Positions 18,475 through 29,163 of a stretch of 64,000 bases of DNA are shown here, piece by piece; the first letter of the stretch is position 1, and each line of letters starts with the position of its first letter. Source of the DNA: a virus; the IMG/VR virus record IMGVR_UViG_3300013737_000003. The stretch is one strand, 5' to 3'. The translations under genes were made by a program, and so were the position numbers. The notes under the pieces are model-generated. The model searched no databases and had not been told where the DNA came from. It was given only the letters and a program-made list of their open reading frames with translations.

Positions 18475-18795
18475 ATGCAATCAAAACAATTTGCGATCGG
18501 TGATATTGACGGCGTTCGGTTCTACTACATTCTCGGAGACACAGTGTGGTTCTACGAGAACTGCGCTCTGGACTCCACCCCCTTCGTCGGGATCATCGTT
18601 GCAATCAACGAAGACAACATGGTTGACTTGCAACTCATGACTTCTCTTGGGCAGATCAAGACAGCCCGTCGAGGAGTCTGCCTGCAGGGAGATGATCGCC
18701 TCGCTCAGGCATCGTATAAAAACAAAGGGTGTTGGAGACCTCGACCGACTGTCGCCGAGGTGCACCAGTACTACAGTTCATTTACCGCAAAGTAA
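18475..18795 (+). CDS. Hypothetical protein
   Basis: ORF between TerL and portal. Confidence 0.65.
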   Translation: MQSKQFAIGDIDGVRFYYILGDTVWFYENCALDSTPFVGIIVAINEDNMVDLQLMTSLGQIKTARRGVCLQGDDRLAQASYKNKGCWRPRPTVAEVHQYYSSFTAK

Positions 18796-18802
18796 TTGAC
18801 AC

Positions 18803-20971
18803 ATGGACCTCGCACAACTGCAGCAGTACCTGCTCGGACCAATCTCCAGCGGATGGTGGAATCGTTGTCGCATGGCCGAGGAGTCGAAGCGGCGGTTCTC
18901 AACTATCGCGAAGTTGTGTCGACAGTTCTTCGGTTCGTCTGCGTCTGCAATGTGGCAGGACGACTTCCGCAAGGAGTTTTTCCCTACCGTTGAGACACCG
19001 ACGTTTCAGGTCAACCTGAACAAGTCGTTCGAATTGATCGCTGTGATTGGTCCGACATTGTACTGGAAGAATCCTTTGCGAGAGATGACCTCTCGCAAAA
19101 GGATTGATCAGGCCAGTCTTGCGATGCTATTCGGGATGGCCGACGAACAGGCTGCTCAGCAACTGCAGCAGCATGACCAGATGATCGCAATGCAGAAAGA
19201 GTTTCGTAATAAGATCGGCACTGAATACCTGAAGTACACGCAGGAGGAACAGACCAACACGCTCAAGAGCGACGTTCATCTCGCGATCATGGAGGCGATG
19301 CTCACAGGTCTCGGTTTGATGTGGACTGAGAAAGCAGGACCAATCACCCGGAACGTCTATGACTCAACAGACAACTTGTTGATTGATCCGGACGCACGTG
19401 ACCCTGAATGGCGTGACGCGAAGTGGATCGCGGTCAAGCATTGTGACCCTGTGTGGGTAGTTGAGCGGAAGTTTAACCTGCCTGCGGGATACTTGCATGG
19501 CCGGGGTACGAGAGTCAGCAATGAGCACGAAGCCATCCGCGAAGCATCACATACCAATCCGGGCGTATCTCGATATCAGGACATGATTGATTGGGTTGAG
19601 ATTTGGAGTACAGGCGGGGTTGGTGCCAGAGTCGGAGGAGTTGATCCGAAACTGTCTCAGTTTTTTGATGACACCCTCGGAGACAACGTGTATCTGTGCG
19701 TGACGCCGAATGTGCCCCACCCTCTGAACTTGCCTCCGGTTGCATTACAGACACAGCCAGTCGAACAGATCAGGGAAGCATTCCGTTGGCGTACGCGAGG
19801 TTACGGAGCGATCCATGAACCGTGGCTCGACAACCGCTGGCCGGTGCATCCATTGAAGTTCTATCGCGTTCCCGGATCACCCTGGCCGATGGCAGTACTC
19901 GGCCCGGGCCTTGGATACCTGATCTGCATGAACCTGATCATGACGACCAAGTTGCAGCAGTCATGGGATCGACGCCGGGACATCATCGTTGCCGCCGAGC
20001 ATATCAAAGGGTCGATGGAAGCAGCACTGCGCAGCGACCAAAGCCCCGCAGTGTTGAGTCTGCCGTCCGCGATCAACCAACCGATTGATCAGCTCATCCA
20101 ATACTTGCAGCGGCCAGCACCGAATGATGACTTGTTGATGTGGATGGAATGGCTGGGAGCAGAGTTCCAGAAAGCCACAGGTCTGCTCGATATCGCATAC
20201 GGGTTTACGAAGACTCAGGCTCGCGTGTCGAGCGACATTGAGTCCAAGAACCGAGCGGCCAACATTCGTCCTGAAGAGATGCAGTCCCATGTGGTCGAGT
20301 GGGTCAAGCAGTTCAGTGTCAGTGAGATAGTGCTCGCCGCTCAGCATATCTCAGGGCAGGAGTTGCAGCCCTTACTCGGTGAGTATGGCGCGTATGCCTG
20401 GGATGTATTCTTCCATCAGGTGCCGGTCGAGACGTTGTGGAAAGAATGTGAGTGCTCGATCGATGCGAAGGACTTGCAGCGACCAGACAAGCAACGAGAC
20501 CTCGAAGGGTTGCAGCAGGTTGCTCAGCCGTTCATGCAGTTCGCGATGCAGCATGCGCAGGTCAGCGGCAATACTGATGCGATCAACGGATTCATGCGAC
20601 GGTACTTTGCAGCACTGGACATGCGAGACTTCGATGATCTCATGTTCCCGCCGATGACACCTCAGACCGATCCTGCAATGGCACAGTTGCAGCAGCGAAT
20701 GGCCCAGCTTGAAGCCGACAAGATGGAAGCCGATGTCATGGAGACACAGGCAAAAGCTCACGGACGTATTGCTGATACGATGTTCAAACAGCACGGTATC
20801 ACTCAGCCTCAGTTGCAGCAGTTGACGTTCAATGCCGAGAAACATACTCAGGACTTGGTTCAGGACCAGATGAACCATATTCAGGAGATGCGTCAACTCG
20901 AAGAGAAGCACAAACTCGAACTCCAGAAGATTCGACAGACACCTAAACCTACAGCAGGAGCAAAGAAATGA
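18803..20971 (+). CDS. Portal protein
   Basis: 722 aa after TerL; LLIDPDA..W motif; Q-rich coiled C-terminal barrel as in P22/T7-like portals. Confidence 0.8.
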   Translation: MDLAQLQQYLLGPISSGWWNRCRMAEESKRRFSTIAKLCRQFFGSSASAMWQDDFRKEFFPTVETPTFQVNLNKSFELIAVIGPTLYWKNPLREMTSRKRIDQASLAMLFGMADEQAAQQLQQHDQMIAMQKEFRNKIGTEYLKYTQEEQTNTLKSDVHLAIMEAMLTGLGLMWTEKAGPITRNVYDSTDNLLIDPDARDPEWRDAKWIAVKHCDPVWVVERKFNLPAGYLHGRGTRVSNEHEAIREASHTNPGVSRYQDMIDWVEIWSTGGVGARVGGVDPKLSQFFDDTLGDNVYLCVTPNVPHPLNLPPVALQTQPVEQIREAFRWRTRGYGAIHEPWLDNRWPVHPLKFYRVPGSPWPMAVLGPGLGYLICMNLIMTTKLQQSWDRRRDIIVAAEHIKGSMEAALRSDQSPAVLSLPSAINQPIDQLIQYLQRPAPNDDLLMWMEWLGAEFQKATGLLDIAYGFTKTQARVSSDIESKNRAANIRPEEMQSHVVEWVKQFSVSEIVLAAQHISGQELQPLLGEYGAYAWDVFFHQVPVETLWKECECSIDAKDLQRPDKQRDLEGLQQVAQPFMQFAMQHAQVSGNTDAINGFMRRYFAALDMRDFDDLMFPPMTPQTDPAMAQLQQRMAQLEADKMEADVMETQAKAHGRIADTMFKQHGITQPQLQQLTFNAEKHTQDLVQDQMNHIQEMRQLEEKHKLELQKIRQTPKPTAGAKK

Positions 20972-21708
20972 CGTTGGAGAAACCAACGCTCGATGACGAG
21001 CTGCAGTATCAGGCGGTTAAAGCCAAAGGCCCGGTTGCCATCCACGAGTTTATTCGTATGGTCGAGAGCGGAGAGTCTGTGAGGATGGCGGCGATGCTCG
21101 CCACACAGTCCCCACCCACACTCGGTTTCAATGATCATGTGATCCACAAGAACGCCAAGCACTGGCGAGAAGGAATGACCCCGATCGTCGCCAATGAATG
21201 GAATCGGAGATATCGTGAGCAGACAGGGGAAAACATTCCCGACGATGCCGTCATTATGAGAGGGTTGTGCGATCGTATCGGCGACCCGAGCGTTGTGCTC
21301 ACAACCAAACATGGGTTCAAGGACATGGTTCGAGTGCTTGAACAGCGTGGGAAAAAAGTGGAATCGGACGACTTCGAAACCAAACCCGTCCAGCTTCCGC
21401 CGACACCACAAGTGGTACGAATGGACGAAGGTCTTGTGGAGATTTATCGCGAGGAGTATATTCAGGAGAACCCTGATCTTGCTCACGCTGATCAACGTGA
21501 ACTCCGTGAGAGGATCATCGACACGCACACGAAGGAAGTATCTGTCAATGACCTTAACCCCCACGGAGCAACGACTTTTTCGGACCTCGCCGGAGCGCTT
21601 CTTCAAGAACGAATCCGGCCAGTGGCAATTGAAACCAGTGGAGGAGACGACACCGGTGCTGGAACCCCAAGTAGTGGTGGAGCCGATTCCGGAACCGTCA
21701 GTGCCTGA
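20968..21708 (+). CDS. Hypothetical protein
   Basis: ATGA overlap with the portal stop. Confidence 0.65.
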   Translation: MTLEKPTLDDELQYQAVKAKGPVAIHEFIRMVESGESVRMAAMLATQSPPTLGFNDHVIHKNAKHWREGMTPIVANEWNRRYREQTGENIPDDAVIMRGLCDRIGDPSVVLTTKHGFKDMVRVLEQRGKKVESDDFETKPVQLPPTPQVVRMDEGLVEIYREEYIQENPDLAHADQRELRERIIDTHTKEVSVNDLNPHGATTFSDLAGALLQERIRPVAIETSGGDDTGAGTPSSGGADSGTVSA

Positions 21709-21877
21709 ACCCGAGCCGCCGACACCTGAACCAGAACCTGTTGTCCCGACTCCGATCCCAGAACCGACTCCGATCCCGGAGCCAACACCAGTCCCAGAAC
21801 CGACTCCAACTCCGGAGCCAACACCAGTCCCTGAACCGACTCCGATTCCGGAGCCAACACCAGTTGTTGAAGGCTAG
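21548..21877 (+). CDS. PEPTP-repeat protein
   Basis: In-frame P-E-P-T-P-x repeats; start uncertain, overlaps the upstream gene. Confidence 0.55.
   Translation: MTLTPTEQRLFRTSPERFFKNESGQWQLKPVEETTPVLEPQVVVEPIPEPSVPEPEPPTPEPEPVVPTPIPEPTPIPEPTPVPEPTPTPEPTPVPEPTPIPEPTPVVEG
21758..21865 (+). repeat. 6 x 18-nt tandem repeat (three 36-nt dimers) encoding PEPTPx
   Basis: CCAGAACCGACTCCGATC / CCGGAGCCAACACCAGTC alternation. Confidence 0.9.
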
Positions 21878-21879
21878 TC

Positions 21880-23034
21880 ATGCTCACCGTTGCCGATCTC
21901 GTGAACCATATTGGCGTGCAGGTAGGACAATGCCTTGTCACAACAGCATTGCAGAAGGCACGCCTCGCGGTCAGCAACGGATGGAGCCGCATGATGGACA
22001 TGTTTCGGTGGAGGTATTACTACCGGCATGCTTATCTGCAGATGGACGTTGCACAGACGACCGGGTCGATCCAGTTCGTTGAGTCGACCCGGTTGGTGAC
22101 ACTGACAGGCGCGACATGGCCTACCGATGTGACTAGCAAACACATCCGATTCGATAACGCCTGGTATCCAATCAAGACACGCACCTCCTCGACGGTGATC
22201 GAACTCTATCCGGAGAAGCACCCGGCCCAAGACATCGCTGCAGGTACTTCATACTCGCTGCAGAAAGTTCTGTACCCACTGCCATTCGAAGTCGGAGAGA
22301 TTGTGCAACTCATCAATCCTGCACATACGATGGCATTGCATCATGGGTCCCTGATTGACGTGCATGTGATGTCAGATACCTTCGGGCAGACTGCCCAGCC
22401 GACCACATTTACACTCGTTGCTGACGACAGACATCCGGGCCGATGGTGTTTGTGGTGCCCGGCTATCATCGTCAACGCAACAACCTTGAACTATCTCTAT
22501 ATTGCTCGACGCAATGAGAAATTGGTTGTCAGCGAGACACGAGGCACTGTGACGATCTCTGGAGGGATAGCCACATTCTCGGACGCGGTTGTCAATGACA
22601 ACTTCATCGGGGCTGTGCTTCGAGTTTCGAAGAACTCACTGCCCCCTTCCTCGAAGTATGGACGAATGGATCACGACATCAATGACCTCAACATGGATTG
22701 CAATGAGGTTATCATTGAGACGGTGACGAGTACGACACAATGCACAGTGAGAGACGCAAGTCTCTCTGCATCCGCCAAGTTGTATGAGGTCAGCAGTCTG
22801 ATCGATGTCAAAGAAGGATCGTCGATGGAGGTTTTGCTCCAGCGACTTGTCGAGGATGAATGGGGCGTTCGGCCAGTAGCCAACCACATGGAAGGACTGA
22901 CGAGCCAGCGCAAGATTCGTGAAGCCCTGCAGGAAGCCATGAGTGCTGACCAGATCGCATTCAGCGGAGCACATCCACTACTCCCGATCTGGTACAACTT
23001 GCGACTGAGCGACATCGCCGGGAGTGTGCGATGA
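21880..23034 (+). CDS. Putative head-tail adaptor
   Basis: Position; MLTVADLVNHI N-terminus; helical ends flanking a beta insert. Confidence 0.55.
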   Translation: MLTVADLVNHIGVQVGQCLVTTALQKARLAVSNGWSRMMDMFRWRYYYRHAYLQMDVAQTTGSIQFVESTRLVTLTGATWPTDVTSKHIRFDNAWYPIKTRTSSTVIELYPEKHPAQDIAAGTSYSLQKVLYPLPFEVGEIVQLINPAHTMALHHGSLIDVHVMSDTFGQTAQPTTFTLVADDRHPGRWCLWCPAIIVNATTLNYLYIARRNEKLVVSETRGTVTISGGIATFSDAVVNDNFIGAVLRVSKNSLPPSSKYGRMDHDINDLNMDCNEVIIETVTSTTQCTVRDASLSASAKLYEVSSLIDVKEGSSMEVLLQRLVEDEWGVRPVANHMEGLTSQRKIREALQEAMSADQIAFSGAHPLLPIWYNLRLSDIAGSVR

Positions 23035-23582
23035 CGACGGCAGTTGTCAATCCGGAATGGTGTATCCAGAACCGTACTGTCCTCACCCTTCGAGCGATGG
23101 CGGTTGAGGGCGAGTTCCGTCGCAGTGGCACAGAACCGGTGATGGCTGTTCATCCCAAAGCAATCATTCCCTGGATCACTCCGCAAGGACACACACAAAA
23201 TGCCAGCGATGGGATTGTCAACATCAACATGCCCGGCATGTTGGTGTCAACGAACTCGATCAAAGGAAGTACACAGGGAGTCAATTGTGCCGACGACGAG
23301 ATGATCGGTGTCATGGTTCAGATTGTTGACAACGCAGTCGGGCCACAGGCTTCAATGACTCCTTTGCGTACTTACGGTGACTGGATGAACCGCATTCGGC
23401 ATCGCATACTGGACAACCATACTTTGTTTCGCCAGGACATGGACCCGGCAATCGCCGATCCATTTGTTACTTTCGCTCGCGACCGCGTACCATCTGACCC
23501 CCAGAGACTGTTGGTACACGAACAGCGGGTAGCAGTATTTACATTCATGGTGGTGGTTCGCCATCATCGCAGGGGGTCATAA
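23031..23582 (+). CDS. Putative tail completion/terminator protein
   Basis: Position immediately before the tail tube gene. Confidence 0.5.
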   Translation: MTTAVVNPEWCIQNRTVLTLRAMAVEGEFRRSGTEPVMAVHPKAIIPWITPQGHTQNASDGIVNINMPGMLVSTNSIKGSTQGVNCADDEMIGVMVQIVDNAVGPQASMTPLRTYGDWMNRIRHRILDNHTLFRQDMDPAIADPFVTFARDRVPSDPQRLLVHEQRVAVFTFMVVVRHHRRGS

Positions 23583-23584
23583 GC

Positions 23585-24532
23585 ATGAGCGGTCAGCAAG
23601 GTACAGCACCAACGCCAGTGGATGCACGGGTCGCGATCAACGGCAAGAAATGGTGCTACGGTAAGTTCCTCGATCAGAGCACCACAGAGATCATCAGTGA
23701 CGACGAGGTCAACTGTGGCCACGTCGACCCCGAGGTTGAAGGTGAATTGAGTGGTCGAGAACTCAATCGCTTCTCGATCCTGCTCAATCCGACAATGCCG
23801 ATGCTGTTCGATCTGATCCCGTTCTGGGGTACAGACGGGCAGCAGGGGTCAGGATCAGGAGCTGTTTCTGGTCTGGCCGGATCGGGCGCAGGAACGTACA
23901 GCGGCATTCACTACGCGAGTCTCGATCTGAAGTCGGTCTCTGTGACTGTCGATAAGATTGGGGCGGTCCATCACTGGGAGCGAGCGTGGATCAATCGCGT
24001 CATACTGCGAGGACAGGGCGGTACGCAGCCTGTTCAGTTGGAGATGCAGTTCATCGCGATTGCTGAAACGCAAGGCACGTTCACTGCGGCTGAAGGGGAC
24101 ATGGATTGGATTTTCCCATTCCCCGGCAACACGTTGACGTACGGAGGGCAGGCATACGACATCGATCGATTTGCTTTTGTGATCGATCGAAACCTCGTGC
24201 CTGAGTTCGAAGGGTCGGTGTACATGACAGACATTGGTCGTGGCCACCGCGAGACGATGCTCGCCACCTCGCACCCTTATCGAGCGTCGGGCGGGTACAA
24301 AGACCTGTACTGGAACAACAAGCGAAACGACACTCCTGTGAATGTCTCTTTGAGACTGACTAATGGGTATCGAAACATTGATATCAACATCCCCAGAGCG
24401 AAGGCTCTTGTGAAGAGTCCGAGTATGGGTGAGTCGATCATGGAAACGATTCGATTGCCGCTGACATGGAGAGCAAGACGTGAACTCTCGTCAGGCAACG
24501 ACGCCTTTAACATCAGGTTGGCACACGTATGA
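23585..24532 (+). CDS. Putative tail tube protein
   Basis: Repeated beta halves (INRVILRG..QLEMQFIA; IDRFAFVIDRNL) reminiscent of phage tube folds; position. Confidence 0.6.
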   Translation: MSGQQGTAPTPVDARVAINGKKWCYGKFLDQSTTEIISDDEVNCGHVDPEVEGELSGRELNRFSILLNPTMPMLFDLIPFWGTDGQQGSGSGAVSGLAGSGAGTYSGIHYASLDLKSVSVTVDKIGAVHHWERAWINRVILRGQGGTQPVQLEMQFIAIAETQGTFTAAEGDMDWIFPFPGNTLTYGGQAYDIDRFAFVIDRNLVPEFEGSVYMTDIGRGHRETMLATSHPYRASGGYKDLYWNNKRNDTPVNVSLRLTNGYRNIDINIPRAKALVKSPSMGESIMETIRLPLTWRARRELSSGNDAFNIRLAHV

Positions 24533-25362
24533 TTCCAGTTGGATGGGACGACGGTTTCTCTGTCAATATCTCTGGCTGCATTACAGTGCGGCCAATGCTG
24601 CAGGAGCAACGTCGTCAGTGGAAGCAGTACATGGAGTGGATGGGGCACGCAGCAGGCAATCGCACCCTGTTGCGTGCACCAACCTTCTTCGGCCCAAAGC
24701 CGGAGATCATGATGACCGAAAAGTACAGGGATCAACTCAAGCAATGCCTGACGATTATCGCCGGGTATTCGGAAAAGCAGGAGCAGGAGGATATCGACGA
24801 AATCATCTCCGGATTGATCCTGCTTGTGGAGAAACCAAACTTCGCTGCTATCTCATGCAACGATTGTCGTAAGTGGGTGGTCAATGCAAAAGGGGAGATC
24901 ATGACCGACTCGGCTGGTAACCCTTCTCCCCGCCCACCGCTTCCAGTGCTGTGTGAAATGGGACCTCCCCATCAATGTCCGAAGGGACACCACAGTCATG
25001 AGAAGACAGTCACAGACCGCGTGATAAAAATATGGAATCATTTCTGGCAGTGGCAGACCAACACTCCCGTATGTCCGATCATCGCTCGAAACCATGCGAT
25101 AGTCAGGTGGGTGCTCAGTGGACGAAATACTCGCTCTTATCCAATCCTTAGCCGATCAAATCTCCGACGAGCCTTCAGAGGTCCTATCGGATCACCTGTT
25201 GCAGGCCGAGGTATCCCTCTCCCAGCGAGCGGAGGAACCGAAAGCCCCGACGCACCAGATAGTGGAATCAGCGATTCCGCTGGAGAACCAGAGGGTACTT
25301 GCGACACCGGCGGAGCTGATGCCGAAACCTCAAGACTCGAAGGAGTGGGCACAACCTCATGA
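24529..25362 (+). CDS. Putative tail assembly chaperone-like protein (Cys/His cluster)
   Basis: Follows the tube gene; CNDC...C...CPKGH; C-terminal ~80 aa overlap the next gene. Confidence 0.5.
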   Translation: MIPVGWDDGFSVNISGCITVRPMLQEQRRQWKQYMEWMGHAAGNRTLLRAPTFFGPKPEIMMTEKYRDQLKQCLTIIAGYSEKQEQEDIDEIISGLILLVEKPNFAAISCNDCRKWVVNAKGEIMTDSAGNPSPRPPLPVLCEMGPPHQCPKGHHSHEKTVTDRVIKIWNHFWQWQTNTPVCPIIARNHAIVRWVLSGRNTRSYPILSRSNLRRAFRGPIGSPVAGRGIPLPASGGTESPDAPDSGISDSAGEPEGTCDTGGADAETSRLEGVGTTS

Positions 25363-25795
25363 GCAACCCCGCGACGTCGGAGTACCAGTCGAAGTTCTGC
25401 AGCGACCCCTCTATCGCGGCGGCGATGCGATGGTTATCAGCCCTGATCGGGTTGTCGCTGCAACTGCCAATGTCTTCCTGAAAGAAGCCATTCAGGGGGA
25501 GCAGGCCCAACCGGAGGAACGGCCTCGTGTCTACACCCAGTCGATTGATCCCGAGCGAAAGGTGATGTACGTCATGCCGGGGACGGAAGAGGACATGGAC
25601 TTCGTCAATGCCTTTGCCGATTTCGATGCACGGATACAAATTCCTGCGATGGGCGGCGACAACGAGATCGCCCCTTCACTGCCTGAGTTAGGCGAGCCGG
25701 GACCCGAGCCAATCAGTTCAGAACAACTTGTTGCAGACAGCATGACCCGTGTGTTACAGTCTGACAACATGATGGATCGGATGGGTTACCTATGA
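25118..25795 (+). CDS. Acidic hypothetical tail-region protein
   Basis: ORF with ATGA coupling to the next gene. Confidence 0.55.
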   Translation: MDEILALIQSLADQISDEPSEVLSDHLLQAEVSLSQRAEEPKAPTHQIVESAIPLENQRVLATPAELMPKPQDSKEWAQPHEQPRDVGVPVEVLQRPLYRGGDAMVISPDRVVAATANVFLKEAIQGEQAQPEERPRVYTQSIDPERKVMYVMPGTEEDMDFVNAFADFDARIQIPAMGGDNEIAPSLPELGEPGPEPISSEQLVADSMTRVLQSDNMMDRMGYL

Positions 25796-26535
25796 GAGCA
25801 AAGTACGGCACATACTGGCACGACCGAAACGAACTGGCGGTACGAATGGAGTACCGTTCCAAGTTCGATACGTTCCAACGCCGCATGGGAGAAGACATTC
25901 GGGTCACGATCATCGGTCGAAAGAAAGCAAACTCACAAGCGGCACTCACGACCGCGTTGAACAATTTGTTCAACGCATACCAGTCGGACTATCTCGACTT
26001 CGTGCTGTACCTTGATGACGACACCACTCCAACCAATCGTATCCTGATCAACTCCGGCACGTTCGGTGGCGTCAAGGTAATCGCCGGGCCGAACATGCTG
26101 GACGGCAAAGGCATCTGGGGGCAGCGACCGGATTACGCTGGACAAGCCGCATACTACATCGTCCTCGGCGCGTCGACCCGCGTTGGTAGTGGTCAGTATG
26201 CATATCAGGAAAGACTGCTGATTAAAGGCACTGGAGCTGCGAAGTGGAGGTACTCCCCTCAGATCACAGGAGCCCCACAGAGTCAGACACTGCAGGACCA
26301 GACTTCCTTCTGGTACATCCAGGAAGGATCGGCGGTTGGCCGGGATGCATATCTGTCTCCGAATGCTCCCCTGTATCCAGGCATTGAACACGGCGACATG
26401 CGAGAGATCATCTACGAGTCTCCCCGAGACATCGTAGTCGGTGACCAGGAGTTGTTCACGACCCGCTGGAAGTACTTCATGGAAGCAACCACAGCACAAG
26501 GGTTCTCTGCTTTTAACATTCCTGTGGTGACTTAA
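25792..26535 (+). CDS. Putative distal tail/hub protein
   Basis: Beta-rich; tail module position. Confidence 0.55.
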   Translation: MRAKYGTYWHDRNELAVRMEYRSKFDTFQRRMGEDIRVTIIGRKKANSQAALTTALNNLFNAYQSDYLDFVLYLDDDTTPTNRILINSGTFGGVKVIAGPNMLDGKGIWGQRPDYAGQAAYYIVLGASTRVGSGQYAYQERLLIKGTGAAKWRYSPQITGAPQSQTLQDQTSFWYIQEGSAVGRDAYLSPNAPLYPGIEHGDMREIIYESPRDIVVGDQELFTTRWKYFMEATTAQGFSAFNIPVVT

Positions 26536-28199
26536 TGGGGTGGACTCTTCCCGGAATCTCATACCCGATTGAGTGTGTCTACACACAGACACTCGGCGTA
26601 CGTCCCGACGTCGCTGTGCTGACGAGCAACCCACAAGCTACTCCGTATCCTCGTCTTGCAACTCTCACATTGACGTGGGGAGCAGACACGATCACCCTGC
26701 CCAACTGCCAGCTTGATCTTGCCCGTATCACACTGGCTCCGGATGGGTTCCGGCTACGCATACCAGCTCTCGATCGTCGATGGCGATGGTCTCAGGTCGC
26801 ATCGATCAGCGGGCACTACAACATCGTACGGGCAGGGGCGTATGTCGCTGCGTACAAGAAGAACTTACGCCAGCTCGCGACTATCCTGTTGACCGCGATG
26901 GGCGAAGCCTCGGCAGATGTGTCTGCTCTGCCAACTAACGTTTACCCGGAAGTGCGGTGGGACTGGGTCGATCCTGATCAAGCCCTTGAAGAGTTGCTGG
27001 AGATGTATGGATACAGCGTTGCCCTTGGCTTCGGAGCCGAAGTAGTCAAAGTCGTTCAGCTTGGGACCGGAACAACTCTGCCCACGACCAACGTCTTTGT
27101 TCCATCAACAACGTTCGATCCAAAAGTAAGACCGAGGTGGGTTAAGTCATGCTTCGGTCCTTCAGTTGGCCAGTACCGTTTCCGGGCAAAGCCGATCGCT
27201 CTGGAGACAGACAATACATGGGTTGATCCTGCCGTCGTATCTTACAAACCTGCTGATGGGTGGGAGAAAGAAGACCCGGAAATTCTTCCTGTCGTTGCTA
27301 CGACGGGGACAGACGACATCTACAACCGCGCAATCGGTTCTGTGTACAGGGCATACCGGATCGAGAAGTTCGCTGATGACACTTTGAATGTTCCGACAGG
27401 TGGTTCAATCGGCGGCTCTGCACTGGCTTCCATTTCTGAGATTCTGCCGATCCAAAACCGTGGACTCACGGTCGAGTATGCTCGCAGTGAAGGATCGTAC
27501 AAGCCGATTCGCGTGTGGGCGAAGCACGACCGCAAAGTGCGAATCAAAGGCAATCCTGAAGCGGTACGAGACCAGGTCGATGTCAACTACGAGATCACTC
27601 GGTACGACTTTGTCTTCGACGGAGAGACCGGTGTCCTGATTTTCGATGAGCCTTTGTTCTTTGTGAATGACTCTGGATACCAGTTCGCGGAAGTGTATGT
27701 AGAGGCAGCGGTGTCCCGTGTCGACGCAACTACCAATGCGTTGAAGGCATATTCGAAAGACGTTTCTTTTGATACGGCAGGCACCGGATATGTCAACGTG
27801 AAGAACCCTGAACTTCGTGAAGAGGTCGTAGTCACCTATGGGACTAATCATGCGTTCGTCTCGTCGGCCAACAACCAGACTGCATTGGATACGACTGCTA
27901 CGGCGAATGCTGCGCAGCTTACAGCGTCGATGACTGATGCTGCAGGACAGGACATGATTTATTCCATTCCTAAACTTGCGATCCGCTGTGATGGTGCGAT
28001 CCGACAAGTGCAGCATGTAATGACGAACGGTGAGCAGGAACACGCAGTCAACCGAACGCGGGCATCTCGACACATCGAGTTCGACAGACACATCCACACG
28101 CGGGCACAGCGAATTGCAACTGCAAAGAACGTGATTGACAAGGTCAACGATCGGTGGCGTGAAGCCCTTGCAAAACGAAGGGACCGCACCGATGACTGA
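26535..28199 (+). CDS. Putative tail/baseplate hub protein
   Basis: 554 aa, TAATG coupling; N-terminal hub-like strands. Confidence 0.55.
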   Translation: MGWTLPGISYPIECVYTQTLGVRPDVAVLTSNPQATPYPRLATLTLTWGADTITLPNCQLDLARITLAPDGFRLRIPALDRRWRWSQVASISGHYNIVRAGAYVAAYKKNLRQLATILLTAMGEASADVSALPTNVYPEVRWDWVDPDQALEELLEMYGYSVALGFGAEVVKVVQLGTGTTLPTTNVFVPSTTFDPKVRPRWVKSCFGPSVGQYRFRAKPIALETDNTWVDPAVVSYKPADGWEKEDPEILPVVATTGTDDIYNRAIGSVYRAYRIEKFADDTLNVPTGGSIGGSALASISEILPIQNRGLTVEYARSEGSYKPIRVWAKHDRKVRIKGNPEAVRDQVDVNYEITRYDFVFDGETGVLIFDEPLFFVNDSGYQFAEVYVEAAVSRVDATTNALKAYSKDVSFDTAGTGYVNVKNPELREEVVVTYGTNHAFVSSANNQTALDTTATANAAQLTASMTDAAGQDMIYSIPKLAIRCDGAIRQVQHVMTNGEQEHAVNRTRASRHIEFDRHIHTRAQRIATAKNVIDKVNDRWREALAKRRDRTDD

Positions 28200-29163
28200 A
28201 CGACACCGGCAGGACTCGTCCCGGTTCAAGGCTGACTTGCAGGACTTCTTTGCCTTCCGCAATGACTCCGGAGAAGCAGTTCCGGCATATGGATGCATCA
28301 AGATTTTGTCCTACGATGCTGCCAGTGACATGTACACCATCGACAAGCCTGACGGGGCTGAAGGACTGTACTTTGTCAATGGTCCCGTACCTGTTGCTGC
28401 AGGCAAGAAGGGTCGCGGTACATTGTGGGCAAGAGCACAGATCGGTCTCGTCGACGATGGTGCGTTGGGGGATGAGGTCGGGCCGATCAACGACTCGTGG
28501 GAGATGGCGACCACATCATCCATCGGCGGGTTTCGGATATTCAATAACCCATCTGCGGGCAGAGCTGTTCTTCTGCAGGTGGGTGGTGGAGGCGGGGCAT
28601 CTGGCACAATCGACGTGATCGTTGGTTCCTGTATCGGGAATGGATACTACAACGCTACGATCGCGACATGGGCACCATCGATTCCGCCATCAGGAGGAGG
28701 AAGTACTTCCGGAGGTGGGTCTGGCAGTGGGTCTCAACCAGAAGGCTGTGATCCCTGTGCCGCATTGGATACGATTGCGAACTTCGAGTGCGGTGACACG
28801 GGGGCTCCAGATATCCCCCGCGACACTCCTTCAAGCACCGGCGTGTCATGCATCATCTACGACCCGTTCCCACTACCGCTTAAACAAGGCAAGCACGCCA
28901 TCTGTGCTTTGCCTGGAGTCCCCTATACCTCAGGGTCCGGATCAGGCTCGGGGGCCAGCAGTGGTCTTGTCTACAAGGTGCTGAACGGGACCTACAAAAC
29001 TGTGGTGATTCCACACGAGAAGTGGGAGTGCTGCACAGACCCGATCACCGGGACTCAAACAGTGCAGCGGGTTGGATGCACATCATTCATTACTCTTGGA
29101 GTGGCCTGCGAAGAACCGCCGACGCCGTGCTCCTCGGGAGGGACAGGATCGGGATCAGCATAA
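28192..29163 (+). CDS. Gly/Ser/Cys-rich virion-associated protein
   Basis: GGGSTSGGGSGSG linkers and Cys pairs. Confidence 0.6.
   Translation: MTERHRQDSSRFKADLQDFFAFRNDSGEAVPAYGCIKILSYDAASDMYTIDKPDGAEGLYFVNGPVPVAAGKKGRGTLWARAQIGLVDDGALGDEVGPINDSWEMATTSSIGGFRIFNNPSAGRAVLLQVGGGGGASGTIDVIVGSCIGNGYYNATIATWAPSIPPSGGGSTSGGGSGSGSQPEGCDPCAALDTIANFECGDTGAPDIPRDTPSSTGVSCIIYDPFPLPLKQGKHAICALPGVPYTSGSGSGSGASSGLVYKVLNGTYKTVVIPHEKWECCTDPITGTQTVQRVGCTSFITLGVACEEPPTPCSSGGTGSGSA

Noticed and set aside
24529-25795. Programmed -1 tail-chaperone frameshift
   Set aside because: The downstream ORF is in the +1 frame, has its own GTG start, and I found no slippery heptamer.
27405-28301. Long antisense ORFs (for example 27405-28301, 35128-36114, 10582-11421, 32665-33489)
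   Set aside because: They are shadows of well-supported plus-strand genes in GC-rich DNA and carry no motifs.
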